From Deltaproteobacteria bacterium (lineage in GTDB: Bacteria; Myxococcota; JACRCW01), in NCBI GenBank assembly GCA_016218805.1, contig JACRCW010000143.1, positions 1 to 52,711 of the forward strand: a stretch of DNA of 52,711 nucleotides. The letters are read 5' to 3'. The notes under the pieces are model-generated. The model searched no databases. It saw only the letters and a program-made list of their open reading frames with translations, and was not told the origin of the DNA. Position numbers and translations under genes: made by a program. Position 1 is the stretch's first letter. Each line of letters begins with the position of its first letter. Below are positions 17,601-26,790 of this stretch, piece by piece.

Positions 17601-19524
17601 GCCGCAGCTCGCGGCCGTGCAGCTCGTCCTGCAGGCGTTCCACGTCCGCGGTCAGCCCGTGGATGCGGTCCTCCAGGGCGGCGGTGTCCCGCAGGCGCAC
17701 GTGGTTCACTGCGCCGGTGGCGGCGCGCGCTGCCACCACGTCTTCCTCCAGCTCGCGGACCAGTTGCTCCGCCGCCAGCGTCTCGCGGTCCAGCAGCGCC
17801 TGCAGTGCCTGCCGTTCCTCGCTCTCGCGCCGGTGCAGGACGGTGAGCCGGGCAATCTCGTCGTCGCGCTCGGCGATGGCGCGGACCAGCCACGCCTCCA
17901 CGCGGCGCATGCGGTCGTGCCAGGCCGCCCGGGCGTTGTCCGCGCAGTGCAGGGCCTGCTCGGCGGCCAGCATGTCGTCGTGGAAGTCGCGCTCACGCTG
18001 GCGCAGCGTGCGCTCCAGCTGGCGGGTGCGCGCGGACAGGTCATGGATGCGCGCGTACAGCACGCCGCGGGTCAGCGTGACGGCGTGGAACAGTTCCCGG
18101 CTGTCGGCGGTCTCCTCATCGCGCGAGCGCAGCAGCACCGCCACGCGCGTCTCAGCGCGGGCCAGCGCGGTGCGCGCCTGGTGCAGGGCACCGCGCGTGT
18201 CATCCAGGCGCTGGTAGAGGTCCCCCAGGATGCCGGCGCCGTGCGCCACGGTGCGTTGCAGGCGTGCGTCCAGCTCGCGGTACGCGCCCTCCCACTCGTA
18301 GATGCGGGCGACGAGTTGCTGCTTCATCGTCTCCGCGGCGGCTTCCAGCTCGCGGCGCTCGCGGCGCAGCGCAAACACCTCCTTCTCCTTGGCCGCCACA
18401 ACCTCAATGAGGTCCTTCTCCATCATCACGCGCTCGGTGAGCATGCCCTCCACCGACGCGCCAAGCTCCTTCTCCTTGTCCGCCAGCGCCGCCTGCAGCC
18501 GCTGCACCTCACGGGTCAGCTCGTTCATTTGGACTATGTAGCTCTCAACCTCGCTCTCCTTCTGCGCGACGCGCGACTCCGCGCCCTGGATTTCCGCCTC
18601 CTTGGCGCGCCACAGGCGGGCCAGCCGCTGCAAGTCCCGCTCGCGTTCACGCAGCTTGTCCCGGAGGAACTGCGTGCGGGAGTCCGCGGCCTCCTGGGAC
18701 CCGCGCGCCCCCGTCCCCAAGGCGTCCGTGGCCACGTCCGCAAACCCGCCCGCGCCCAGCGAGCCGAACAACCGCTCCACACACGCGAGCTCAGTGGGAT
18801 CCACCGCGGGGCCGCCGCGGCCCGCGGAGGGCGCGCCCGGACGGGGCAGGCCCGGGTCCACGCCGGGCGGCGCCGGCAGGCCCGCCGTGACCGCCGCGGC
18901 CGGCGCCTCCAGGGCGTCCAGTCCGCCGGCCAGCTCATCCGCGGAGGGCATCTCCATCCCGGGGTCCGTGACCTCCGGCAGCGGGGGCAGCGGCGGCAGG
19001 TCCGCGGTGGGGTCCCGCTCCGGGATGGCCACGTCCGCCATGGCGCTCTGCACCCACGGGCCGCCCGGAGACACGCTGCGCCGCAGCCGCGGCGGCTCCA
19101 TGGGCCCGCCGCCCGCGGCCTCCACCAGCGCGCGGTGGCTCTGGGCGCGCTCCGCCAGGCTGCGGATGGCCGTCTCCAGGTCCGCACGTGAGGCGGGCAG
19201 CATCAGGTAGTGGTCCGCGCGTGCAGGTGACCCGCGGTGCCGCTCCACGGCGTCACGCGTGGCGTCAGAAGTGGTCAGCAGGATGGGCAGCGCCTTGTGC
19301 TGCGCGTTCTTGCGCAACCGCCCCACCAGCGCAAAACCCGTCGCCCCGCTGCGCTCGTGCCGCAGCATCACAATGTCCGGCCGGATGCGGTCCACCTCCT
19401 CGGTGGGGTCGGACCCCGCAAACACCACGACGTCCAGCTCCAGCCCGTCGATCTCGCGCAACGCCGCTTCCTGCGAGCGGGCCGTGCCGCTGTCCGGTTC
19501 GGCGAGGAGGACGGTGAGCGCCAT
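14668..19524 (-). CDS. AglZ/FrzS-like protein: N-terminal pseudo-receiver domain + ~1450-aa Glu/Arg/Ala-rich coiled coil
   Basis: MALTVLLAEPDSG...RPDIVMLRHERSG...LPILLTTSD has a receiver fold, but the phospho-acceptor Asp position is Arg (DIVMLR) and the acidic pair is EPD. The remainder is a continuous heptad-like ER/QA-rich coiled coil. The C-terminus is a Pro-rich tail ...PEPEGGATMISVNPYLQPGGGKGPGA. Confidence 0.75.
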   Translation of the reverse strand: MALTVLLAEPDSGTARSQEAALREIDGLELDVVVFAGSDPTEEVDRIRPDIVMLRHERSGATGFALVGRLRKNAQHKALPILLTTSDATRDAVERHRGSPARADHYLMLPASRADLETAIRSLAERAQSHRALVEAAGGGPMEPPRLRRSVSPGGPWVQSAMADVAIPERDPTADLPPLPPLPEVTDPGMEMPSADELAGGLDALEAPAAAVTAGLPAPPGVDPGLPRPGAPSAGRGGPAVDPTELACVERLFGSLGAGGFADVATDALGTGARGSQEAADSRTQFLRDKLRERERDLQRLARLWRAKEAEIQGAESRVAQKESEVESYIVQMNELTREVQRLQAALADKEKELGASVEGMLTERVMMEKDLIEVVAAKEKEVFALRRERRELEAAAETMKQQLVARIYEWEGAYRELDARLQRTVAHGAGILGDLYQRLDDTRGALHQARTALARAETRVAVLLRSRDEETADSRELFHAVTLTRGVLYARIHDLSARTRQLERTLRQRERDFHDDMLAAEQALHCADNARAAWHDRMRRVEAWLVRAIAERDDEIARLTVLHRRESEERQALQALLDRETLAAEQLVRELEEDVVAARAATGAVNHVRLRDTAALEDRIHGLTADVERLQDELHGRELRLEEAKDVQSNQEGETRRMQEAAETAMREREARLGELERRLADESNKLALANERRAGLEKQIEARDLSLRELGQKLDEAAEAHAALDSALGAEQAQLRALNIRLEDREHTLVQRDGQLTALRAEVRARTEEVERLQEEINAQQEALRARALELKNLEASVQRKVGEIEELEQGRQLLHQQVTRGDEAFQAQRGRLNEAHAAIQQKERDLRGLQADIVHLNEEMAGLKGQLADKQAAIEGLEQSLLKADEDVRTQADRERGLQARIEEERAGAARLRQEVAQRDAGLQALEAQVRDVERERGEVEAREKVLQVDLAAREAQVAAARRELEDARAAVRAREADLETRAAEVERLQARLASAAQELEGERRAVAARAEERDQARDALARLQAELDEARASARELSSEVARLKALLAGAQQAEAELAGRQGENTRALSQTQAEMQRLGEAISQRDQALKALEARLRERDEHARSRERELEEAQRALAEASAVAADLQRLQADGERVQGQAGQAMQALKTEREGLQVRLGELQVALKQAETLAGERADKLRAVQASEQQVREKAQAAVAEAQRQARAEAERARGVADELAQARKERDDNAQTASQLKDRIKQLEDATHEQVRERKDVTAREAALNRQLVETRGRVAQLENSHQVMSLQKTELEESVNELRAELEAQKAARSTEGGLRQKSLEERSRAEAAQKETAASLETARKKIEDKQHEVERAQARLEQETLARTQLEAAHAAERERAAQLEADLGARTREREELERARTQLVAKAQQLERRAQELQKAVEQADRAGKDHVAEVQGRLETVTQQAANERDELKKRVAELDAARGRAEAAARQAQDDKEKLRQQALQKLRQFEEKYKDAETRAAASAQQATQASQAGREVEALRAEAQKARVERDAIRRESLGRMQALQGRVDRLTRALLEAGVALPAEPTPTPGPRPAVAPPTPEAEPEGGATMISVNPYLQPGGGKGPGA

Positions 19525-19744
19525 GGGGTGGGGTACGCCTTCCGTGATCGCCCCCGGGGGGCCCGGGGGTCAACCACCCTACCAAGCCCGGCCGGGCGCG
19601 CCCCAGCCCCGCGCCACCGCGGGCGCCGGCGGGGACACGGCGGGTGAAGGGCGCCGGGCGGAATGGCACAGCCAACCCGGCGCCGGCGGGCTGTTTCCTC
19701 GCCCCCGAACGGCGGGCAGTCAGGAAGTGATCGGCGCGCTCGTC

Positions 19745-20278
19745 CTACTGCAATTCCACGGTCACCCCGGGCGTAAGACCGACAAGCGTGACGCCGTTCA
19801 GATCAACGGCGGCAAACCCGTGTGCGGAGAAGTCCGCTGCCGTCACCGTCGTGCCGGACGCGAGGTCGCAACCCACGGTAGCGAACTCTCCGGTGCCGAA
19901 CCCGATAGGGTTGACCACCTTGAGCGCAACGGTGCGGGTGCTCAACGTGTACGTTCCCATCGCCAGCGCACTTGCGCCCGCCGCCACGCCTGACGCCGTG
20001 GCGATGCCCGGATCCACAACGAGCACGCGCTCGTTCACGCTGTCGGGGGTTGCCTTGACCGAAACGCCCGCCGGCAGCGAGACCGTGATGTCAATCCCAC
20101 CGATCAACGCGCCCGATGCCAGGCTGCCCGACGTCGTGAGCTTCACGATGGCCTTGGTGGGCCCCGCGGGCGACGGTTGAGGGCCGCGGCAATTGCAGCC
20201 GGCGAGGCTCATGGCACCCAGGACGCCCAAAGCAAGAAGATGCCGTGTCATCGTGAGGTATTGCATCGGGTTTCCCAT
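19745..20278 (-). CDS. Small secreted beta-rich lipoprotein (function unknown)
   Basis: Signal peptide ...MTRHLLALGVLGAMSLAGC carries a lipobox (LAGC). The mature part is Gly/Thr/Val-rich. The start is ambiguous between M12, M16 and M21 of the table ORF. The gene lies 26-60 nt downstream of the giant adhesin gene. Confidence 0.55.
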   Translation of the reverse strand: MGNPMQYLTMTRHLLALGVLGAMSLAGCNCRGPQPSPAGPTKAIVKLTTSGSLASGALIGGIDITVSLPAGVSVKATPDSVNERVLVVDPGIATASGVAAGASALAMGTYTLSTRTVALKVVNPIGFGTGEFATVGCDLASGTTVTAADFSAHGFAAVDLNGVTLVGLTPGVTVELQ

Positions 20279-20304
20279 TCCATGCTCCCGGTTGTGCATC
20301 GGAC

Positions 20305-23300
20305 TCACCACGTGACCAGCCCCGCTGCTCGCCTGAGGATCACAACAACGTCTCCGGTATCAATGACGCCGTCGGAGGCAGGGGTTCCGCCGACCAGCGG
20401 GGCCACGTCGCCTCTCGCAAGATCCGTCGGCGATGCCACATCCAGTCCCGACGCGATGCGCAGGGCCTTGAGGCCATCCGCGTTGTCAACCCTGCCGTCT
20501 CCGTTGAGGTCGCCGTCGGGCACGGCGACAAGCTCGTCAGCCAGGCAGTCCGCCGTCGTTCCGCCGTTGAGGCCCGTGCAGGTCCAGGTCCATGGGCCGG
20601 CGCCACTGACGGTGGAGGCAACACCAGTCGCGCATAGGTCGCTGGCGGGCGCTTCGGTGTGCAGCGCGCTGCTTGCGGTACCGCACGCTCCATCCACCGC
20701 GTCGGCGGAAAAGTTGGCCGTGATCGTGTGGCTGGAGACCACATTGTCCAGGATCAGCGGGTTCAGGACAGTTGCGACAAACCCGTTGGTCCCAGTCCAG
20801 TTCAGGAAGTGGTAGCCCGAGTTCGCGGTAGCGGTCACCTGGGTCGTGCTGCCACCGTGGTTCACGGTCTGGCTGGTCGCTCCCGTGATCGTGCCGTTGC
20901 CGTCGCTCAGGAACGTCACGCCATAGGTCTGGATGTTGGCCGAGCAGTTCGCCGTGCTCCCGCCGTATTGCCCCGCGCAGGTCCAGCTCCAAGGGCCCGA
21001 TCCGGCAACGGCCGACGATACGCCGGAACTGCACAGACTCATCGGGGTCGTACCCGCGAGAGTCTGACCATGGTCAGCGCCGCACGCTCCGTTCACGCTG
21101 TCGTGCGCAAAGTTCGCCGTGATCACCATGGCCGCGGTCACGTTGGTCACCACCAGCGGGTTCGCCAACGTCGTCACAAAGCCGCTTGTCCCGGTCCACT
21201 CAACGAAGTGATAACCCGCTGCAGCCAGCGCTTCGATTTCAGCGGCATCGCCGCCATGATTCACGGTCTGGCTGGTTTCGCCCGCGATCGTGCCGTTGCC
21301 GTCGCTCAGGAACGTCACGCCATAGGTCTGGATGCTGGCCGAGCAGTTCGCCGTGCTCCCGCCGTATTGCCCCGCGCAGGTCCAGCTCCAAGGGCCCGAG
21401 CCGGCAACGGCTGACGAAACACCGGAACTGCACAGACTCGTCGGCGTCGTACCCGCAAGAGTCTGACCATGGTCAGCGCCGCACGCTCCGTTCACGTTGT
21501 CATGCGCAAAGCTCGCGGTGATCACCATGGCCGCGGTCACGCCGGTCACGACCAGAGGGTTCGCCAACGTCGTCACAAAGCCGTTTGTCCCGGTCCACTC
21601 AACAAAGTGATATCCCGCTGCGGCCCATGCTTGGACCTCAGAGGCATCGCCGCCATGATTCACGGTCTGGCTGGTCGTCCCCGTGATCGTGCCGTTGCCA
21701 TCGCTCTGGAACGTCACGGCATAGGTCTGGATGGCGGCCGAGCAGTCCGCCGTGGCCCCGCCGTACTGACCCTCGCAGGTCCAGGTCCAAGGACCCAAGC
21801 CGGCCGCAGCCGAGGCAATGCCGGCGCTGCACAGGTTCGTCGGCGAGGTGGTGCCGAGCGTCTGACCATGGTCAGCGCCGCACGCTCCGTCCACTCTGTC
21901 GTGGACGAAGTTCGCGGTGATCTCCATGGCTGCCGTCACGTTGGTCACCACGAGCGGGTTGGCCACCGTGGTCACAAAGCCGTTTGTCCCGGTCCAATCA
22001 ACGAAATGAAAACCCGCCGCAGCCACCGCGCCGACCTCCGAGGCGTCGCCGCCATGCACCACGGTCTGGCTGGTCACGCCGGTGACGGTGCCGTTGCCAC
22101 CGCTCTGGAAGGTCAGGGCATAACTCCGGATGTCGGCCAGGCAGGACGCCGTGCTCCCGCCGTACTGACCCGCGCACGTCCAACTCCAAGGGCCTGAGCC
22201 CGCCACAGCCGAGGCCGTGCCGGCGCCGCACAGGTCCACGGGCGTAGCGGTCAGGGCCGCGCCGTCATCTGCGCCACACTGGCCGTTCACAACGGCGACA
22301 AAGCTCGCCGTCACCTCACCGTCCGCGGTCACGGGCCCGGTCGAGCACGTATAGGTTCTTCCTGACAGGGTCCCGGTGCACCCGGTGACCACGTCCACGC
22401 CGTAGCCGTCGTCGGCCGTAATGGTGAAGGAGGCGGTCTGGTTGTTGGCCACGGCCTGCACTGTGCTGGGGCTGATGCTGCCGCCGCTTCCCGCCGAGGG
22501 CGTCACGTACCAAAGCAGCGTCATCGCTCCCGACGCGACCCAGTTGGAGCTCGCGCCACTCAAGGCGAAGTTGTTGAGTGTCCCATCCTGGGCGCTGGGT
22601 GAGGTCTGCCCCTTGAGCGTGGTTCGGGCCGCGTTGTCCCCGCCTGCAACACCTTCGTCGAACCGGTAGTACGCGACGAGACCGCTCTCGTCGTATGCGA
22701 CCGTGGTGAAGGCTGACGCGAGAATCTCCGCCTGGCTGCGCGCCGTGCTCCAGATACGCACCTCGTCGATGGCCCCCGCGAAGAACCGGTTGTTGAAGTC
22801 GGAGCCGATCATCACCGGATCGGTGTTCGCGGCTGGGACGAAGGACGTGCCCGTGAGCGCGTGCTCCAGGCCGTTCACGTAGACATGCCGGGCTGCGCCG
22901 TCATACACGGCGGCCACGTGCTGCCACCTGCCAGGATGCAGAATCCCCCCGGCGGTCTCCATGCCGTCGAAGTTGATGCCGTCGTAGTTGCCGCTTGCGC
23001 CAAGCCGGAGTGTGTACCCGTTGGCGGACGGTGAGTGGTACTTGGACACAATACCGGCCAGCCACATGAATGCGGCGGGTTTGATCCACGCCTCCACCGT
23101 GTAGCTCGTGGACAGGTCGAGCGCCGTGGCGTCGGGAATACTCACGTGGTCGTTCGTCCCGTCAAAATCCAGGGCGTTTCCCGGGGGCGTCACAAGGTCG
23201 GACAGCTCGGGCCAGGTCAGCTCAACCGCGCCGATATCGCAGGCGCCGTTCTGCGGTCGGACGATTCCTCGCTGGTCATTGTTGAGGCAACTGCCCGCAT

Positions 23301-24846
23301 TGATGGCGGGGCTCCCGGCGAGCAGGGAGCGCGTGAGCGTGAGGCCCCCGTTGTCCTGCAGCGGCCCGAGCAGCGGGGCCTGGCCGTAGACGTCATGGGT
23401 GGTGGTCCCCGTAATCGTGCAATCAGCCGTGTTCCCGATGAGATTGTAGTCGTTCGAGACCAGCGTCCCGCGGCAGTCAGGCCCGCCGCCGGTGGCGGTG
23501 TTGTCGGCGAGAATCGTGTTCTGCGCGCTCGTGCCGACCAGGGTTCCCCTGATGCCGCCGCCCACCTCAGCAGAATTGCCGCTGATCGTGGAGTCGACGA
23601 CGCTGAAAACGTCGTAGCTGAATACGCCGCCTCCGTTGACCGCCGCGGTGTTGCCGCTGATGGTCGAGGCGCTGACCTCGATCTTCCCCAGGTTGGTGAA
23701 GATGCCGCCGCCGCCGCGAGCCGAGTTGCCGCTGATCGTACATTTGATGAGCGCCACGTCGCGCGGCTCCTTCATTTCTCCCCACACGTACAGGCCCCCG
23801 CCCGTCCCCGATGCGGTATTGCCGCTGAGGGTGAGGCTGTCCGCAGCCAGGTAACCCGTGTTGTGGTAGATGCCGGCGCCGTCGGTGGCTGAGTTGTTGC
23901 TGACCGTGCCGCCCACAATGAGCCAACCGTTGACGTTGGTGATGCCTCCGCCCACTTGAGTTGCGGTGTTACCCGTGATGGTCCCGAAGGTCATGGTGGC
24001 GAACGCGCCATAGACCGTATTGGCCATGTAGATGCCGCCGCCCTGCTGCGCGCGGTTGCCGCTGATGGTCGTGGCCGGATTGATGCTGAACGACCCGGAG
24101 GACTTCAGGCCGCCGCCGTTGCCCGTGGCTTGGTTGCCGCTGATCTGGCTGCCGTTGAGCGTCATGCTGGCCGTGCTGGCAATGCCGGCGCCGTCAACCG
24201 CTGAATTGCCGGAGATGACCGAGTCAGTGACCACCGTGTTTGCTGAGACATCCAGACCACCGCCTTGGGCGGCGGAGTTGTTGCTGACAACGGACGTGGT
24301 CAGGGTGAGCGGCCCGGCGCTCAGGATGCCTCCGCCAAACCCCGTGGCGGTGTTTCCGGTGACCCGTGTGTTGACCAGCCGCAGGTTCCCGGTGGCGGTG
24401 TTGTAGATGCCGCCCCCGCCCGCATCCGCGGCGCTGTTCTGCACAACCACGTCCGTCAGGACGAGTGTCGCCCCAGTCAGAATGCCGCCGCCGGCGCTCG
24501 CGGCGCGGCCGTCCGCCACGGTGATGCCCGTAAGGCTTGCGGTGATGGCCTGCTCAAAGCCAAACACTATGGCGGCGTCGTTGCCGGAGACCGTGAGATT
24601 GGCTGACCCCGGCCCGGTGATGGTCAGATTCTTGTCCACGAGGATCCCGCCGCTCGTGAGGGTGATCGTGCCGGACACAGTGACCAGGACGGTGTCCCCC
24701 GCTGCCGCGTCGGCAACGGCCTGACGCAGGGACCCCGGTCCGGAGTCACCCGTGGTGGTCACCGTGTGCGTCGCGGCGTGAGCCGTGCCGCCGCAAACAC
24801 CGCTGCCGATGGTCAGCAGCGCGAGCGTCGAGAGTCCCCTTGTCAT
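20305..24846 (-). CDS. Giant secreted protein: right-handed beta-helix repeats + LamG/ConA-like domain + 5x tandem ~133-aa Cys-linker/Listeria-Bacteroides-type repeats + C-terminal dockerin-like Ca-binding module
   Basis: GAGGAAAG RBS and a signal peptide MTRGLSTLALLTIGSGVCGGTAHA. The beta-helix region repeats units like GGGI.N....L.N..V.GN.A. LamG: LDFDGTNDHVSIPD...YTVEAWIKP...WQHVAAVYDG...DEVRIWS. Repeat unit: ...CGADHGQTL...GPWTWTC.GQYGG.TA.C...IQTY.VTF.SDGNGTI.G.TSQTV.HGGDA.E..A.AA.GYHFV.WTG. The C-terminus DGDLNGDGRVDNADGL is dockerin-like. The start was trimmed to M39 of the table ORF. Confidence 0.8.
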   Translation of the reverse strand: MTRGLSTLALLTIGSGVCGGTAHAATHTVTTTGDSGPGSLRQAVADAAAGDTVLVTVSGTITLTSGGILVDKNLTITGPGSANLTVSGNDAAIVFGFEQAITASLTGITVADGRAASAGGGILTGATLVLTDVVVQNSAADAGGGGIYNTATGNLRLVNTRVTGNTATGFGGGILSAGPLTLTTSVVSNNSAAQGGGLDVSANTVVTDSVISGNSAVDGAGIASTASMTLNGSQISGNQATGNGGGLKSSGSFSINPATTISGNRAQQGGGIYMANTVYGAFATMTFGTITGNTATQVGGGITNVNGWLIVGGTVSNNSATDGAGIYHNTGYLAADSLTLSGNTASGTGGGLYVWGEMKEPRDVALIKCTISGNSARGGGGIFTNLGKIEVSASTISGNTAAVNGGGVFSYDVFSVVDSTISGNSAEVGGGIRGTLVGTSAQNTILADNTATGGGPDCRGTLVSNDYNLIGNTADCTITGTTTHDVYGQAPLLGPLQDNGGLTLTRSLLAGSPAINAGSCLNNDQRGIVRPQNGACDIGAVELTWPELSDLVTPPGNALDFDGTNDHVSIPDATALDLSTSYTVEAWIKPAAFMWLAGIVSKYHSPSANGYTLRLGASGNYDGINFDGMETAGGILHPGRWQHVAAVYDGAARHVYVNGLEHALTGTSFVPAANTDPVMIGSDFNNRFFAGAIDEVRIWSTARSQAEILASAFTTVAYDESGLVAYYRFDEGVAGGDNAARTTLKGQTSPSAQDGTLNNFALSGASSNWVASGAMTLLWYVTPSAGSGGSISPSTVQAVANNQTASFTITADDGYGVDVVTGCTGTLSGRTYTCSTGPVTADGEVTASFVAVVNGQCGADDGAALTATPVDLCGAGTASAVAGSGPWSWTCAGQYGGSTASCLADIRSYALTFQSGGNGTVTGVTSQTVVHGGDASEVGAVAAAGFHFVDWTGTNGFVTTVANPLVVTNVTAAMEITANFVHDRVDGACGADHGQTLGTTSPTNLCSAGIASAAAGLGPWTWTCEGQYGGATADCSAAIQTYAVTFQSDGNGTITGTTSQTVNHGGDASEVQAWAAAGYHFVEWTGTNGFVTTLANPLVVTGVTAAMVITASFAHDNVNGACGADHGQTLAGTTPTSLCSSGVSSAVAGSGPWSWTCAGQYGGSTANCSASIQTYGVTFLSDGNGTIAGETSQTVNHGGDAAEIEALAAAGYHFVEWTGTSGFVTTLANPLVVTNVTAAMVITANFAHDSVNGACGADHGQTLAGTTPMSLCSSGVSSAVAGSGPWSWTCAGQYGGSTANCSANIQTYGVTFLSDGNGTITGATSQTVNHGGSTTQVTATANSGYHFLNWTGTNGFVATVLNPLILDNVVSSHTITANFSADAVDGACGTASSALHTEAPASDLCATGVASTVSGAGPWTWTCTGLNGGTTADCLADELVAVPDGDLNGDGRVDNADGLKALRIASGLDVASPTDLARGDVAPLVGGTPASDGVIDTGDVVVILRRAAGLVTW
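20640..22440. repeat. About 4.5 tandem copies of a 399-bp unit (133 codons) inside the giant adhesin gene, highly similar at DNA level
   Basis: Near-identical segments recur with exact 399-nt spacing, e.g. gtctgaccatggtcagcgccgcacgctccgttcac at 21062 and 21461. The antisense ORFs start at 21034, 21433, 21832 and 22231, a constant +399 step. Outer copies are more diverged; the boundaries are approximate. Confidence 0.75.
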
Positions 24847-25170
24847 GGTTCTTTCCTCGTCATCAGAGCTTCCTGCGCAAACCGCGGGCAATCCTCGGTG
24901 GACACGCGCCGCTTTGCGGCGCAGGAGAGGATTGATGCGGGGGGAGTTGGCCTCTAACAACTCCAGCGTCGATCTTCAACAAACGCCTGCACTTGCCAAG
25001 CGCGGGTTGCTGGCGGCGCAAGGCGCCCCGAACCCACAGGGCGAGGATGGACGCTGGCGGCGCGCGGACACCCGGCGTCAGGGTCCGTTCCCGCGCCTGG
25101 CCGTGCCTGGCGGGGACGGGGGCGCCAAGCACATGACGCGCGCCGCGCGCCCACGGTAGGGTCCGCCGCC

Positions 25171-26556
25171 ATGGAGATGCTGGGACCTTACGCGCTCATT
25201 GACCCGCTGGGGTCCGGCAGCCTGTGCGACGTGTGGCGCGCGGTGCGGCCGGAGGAAGCGCGGCGGGCCCGCTGGCTGGCGGTCAAGCGTCCCAAGCCGG
25301 CCGTGGCGGCCGAACGCGCGTTCGTGGACACCTGGCTGACGCTGGCGCGCACCGCCATGGTCATCCAGCACCCGTTTGTGGTCCCCATCCTGGATGCGGG
25401 CGAGTTCCAGGCGCCGCAAGGCGGCCCGCCGCAGCCCGTGGTGGTGACCGAGGCCGTCACCGGCGCAGCGCTCAACGCGCTGCTCAATCACCTGATGACC
25501 AAGACGCGGGACATCCCGCGCGCGTTTGCGCTGGAGGTGGTGCACCGCGTGCTGGAGGGCCTGGTCCACGTCCACGCCGCCACGGACCCCACCACGGGCG
25601 CGCCGCTGGTCCACGGGGACGTGTGCCCCGCCAATGTGATGGTCTCCATGGACGGCCGCGTGCGCCTGTGTGACCCGGTGCTGGGCCGCGCACGGACCGC
25701 GCTCAGCCGGTTGGAGAACCAGGCGCTGCGCTTCCGCTGGCACTACATGGCGCCCGAAGAGGCCCGCGGCGCCACCCCGGACGCGCGCGCGGACCTGTAC
25801 GCGGTGGGCGTCATGCTGCATGAGATGCTCACCCAGCGGCGCATGCGCCGTGCCAACCGGCCTGAGGAGTTCCAGCAGCTGGTGGCCGCCGGCACCTGGA
25901 CGCCGCTGCAGCAGCTCAACATCCCCACGGACAACGGTCTGGACACGCTGCTGTTCCGCGCGCTGGCCCCGGACCCGGCGGCCCGCTACCCCACCGCGGC
26001 GGCGTTCCTGGCGGACGCGGAGGCGCACATGCGCGCGTTTGGCGTGGAGGTGCCGGCCGCGGCCACCGCGTCCGTCATGGCGCAGGCTTTCCCGCAGGTC
26101 CTACCGGCGGAGGAGACCGCCCGGGCGTTGGCGCGCTCGCTGGCGCCCGCCCCCACCGCTCCCGCCGAAGACGCGCCGGGGGAAGCGGCCCCCGCCGGCC
26201 GGCCGCGCCCAGCGGGGAGACGCAAACCGCCGTCGGATACTGGCAAGAAGCTCCTGATGGCTGTGGGCGGCCTGGCGCTGATGGGGGCGCTGGGCGCCGG
26301 CGTCATCTGGCTGGTGGGACGCCGGCCGGAGACCGCGGCGCGCCCCGCCGCGCCGGTGGAAGCCCCGCGCGACCTGACGCACCTGGTGGGCGGGCGCACG
26401 CAGCAGCACTGGACGGAGCGCCTGGCGGAGATGGACAAGGCGCTGGAAACCGCGCGCCGCGAGGAGCCGGGCCGGGTGCCGGCCATGGAGGCGCTCCGCG
26501 CGGACCTGGTCCGCAAGGGGCAGGCGCTGGGCCTCAAAGGCTACGGCGGGGAGTGA
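25171..26556 (+). CDS. Ser/Thr kinase-like protein with degenerate catalytic motifs (possible pseudokinase), one TM segment
   Basis: Kinase fold: LGSGSLCDVWRA (G-loop), WLAVKRP (Lys), YMAPEE. The catalytic loop is VHGDVCPANVMV (HRD->HGD, Lys->Cys), and DFG is replaced by LCDPV. A TM segment (LLMAVGGLALMGALGAGVIWLV) precedes a C-terminal tail. Confidence 0.8.
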   Translation: MEMLGPYALIDPLGSGSLCDVWRAVRPEEARRARWLAVKRPKPAVAAERAFVDTWLTLARTAMVIQHPFVVPILDAGEFQAPQGGPPQPVVVTEAVTGAALNALLNHLMTKTRDIPRAFALEVVHRVLEGLVHVHAATDPTTGAPLVHGDVCPANVMVSMDGRVRLCDPVLGRARTALSRLENQALRFRWHYMAPEEARGATPDARADLYAVGVMLHEMLTQRRMRRANRPEEFQQLVAAGTWTPLQQLNIPTDNGLDTLLFRALAPDPAARYPTAAAFLADAEAHMRAFGVEVPAAATASVMAQAFPQVLPAEETARALARSLAPAPTAPAEDAPGEAAPAGRPRPAGRRKPPSDTGKKLLMAVGGLALMGALGAGVIWLVGRRPETAARPAAPVEAPRDLTHLVGGRTQQHWTERLAEMDKALETARREEPGRVPAMEALRADLVRKGQALGLKGYGGE

Positions 26557-26559
26557 CGG

Positions 26560-26790
26560 ATGCTGTGGTGGATCGTCGGCGGGATGTTTGCGGGGTTGGG
26601 GGCGGTGATGATGGGCCGCGGGTGGAACTACTTCCTCCACCCCGAGGGCCCGCGCGCACTCAAGCGGCGCGCACGCAACGTGGAGCTGGGCTTCCCCACG
26701 GACATGCGCGTGTTTGGCCGCAAGGTGCGCCGCATGGGCACCATCCTGGTGATCACGGGGGGCGTATTGATCAGCGTGCCGTGGTGGTGA
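26560..26790 (+). CDS. Small membrane protein (2 predicted TM helices), translationally adjacent to the kinase-like gene
   Basis: MLWWIVGGMFAGLGAVMMG...GTILVITGGVLISVPWW. The ATG is 3 nt after the kinase stop, with GGGGAG upstream. The 3' end overlaps the convergent GGDEF gene by 20 nt. Confidence 0.45.
   Translation: MLWWIVGGMFAGLGAVMMGRGWNYFLHPEGPRALKRRARNVELGFPTDMRVFGRKVRRMGTILVITGGVLISVPWW

Noticed and set aside
14756-19210. Multiple long plus-strand ORFs (14756..16093, 16241..18217, 16951..19191, 18602..19210) and Arg/Pro-rich minus ORFs
   Set aside because: All lie inside and antisense or out of frame to the AglZ-like coiled-coil gene. The GAG/CGC-rich codon repeats generate open frames on every strand, and the compositions are extreme (Ser/Arg/Ala or Pro/Arg).
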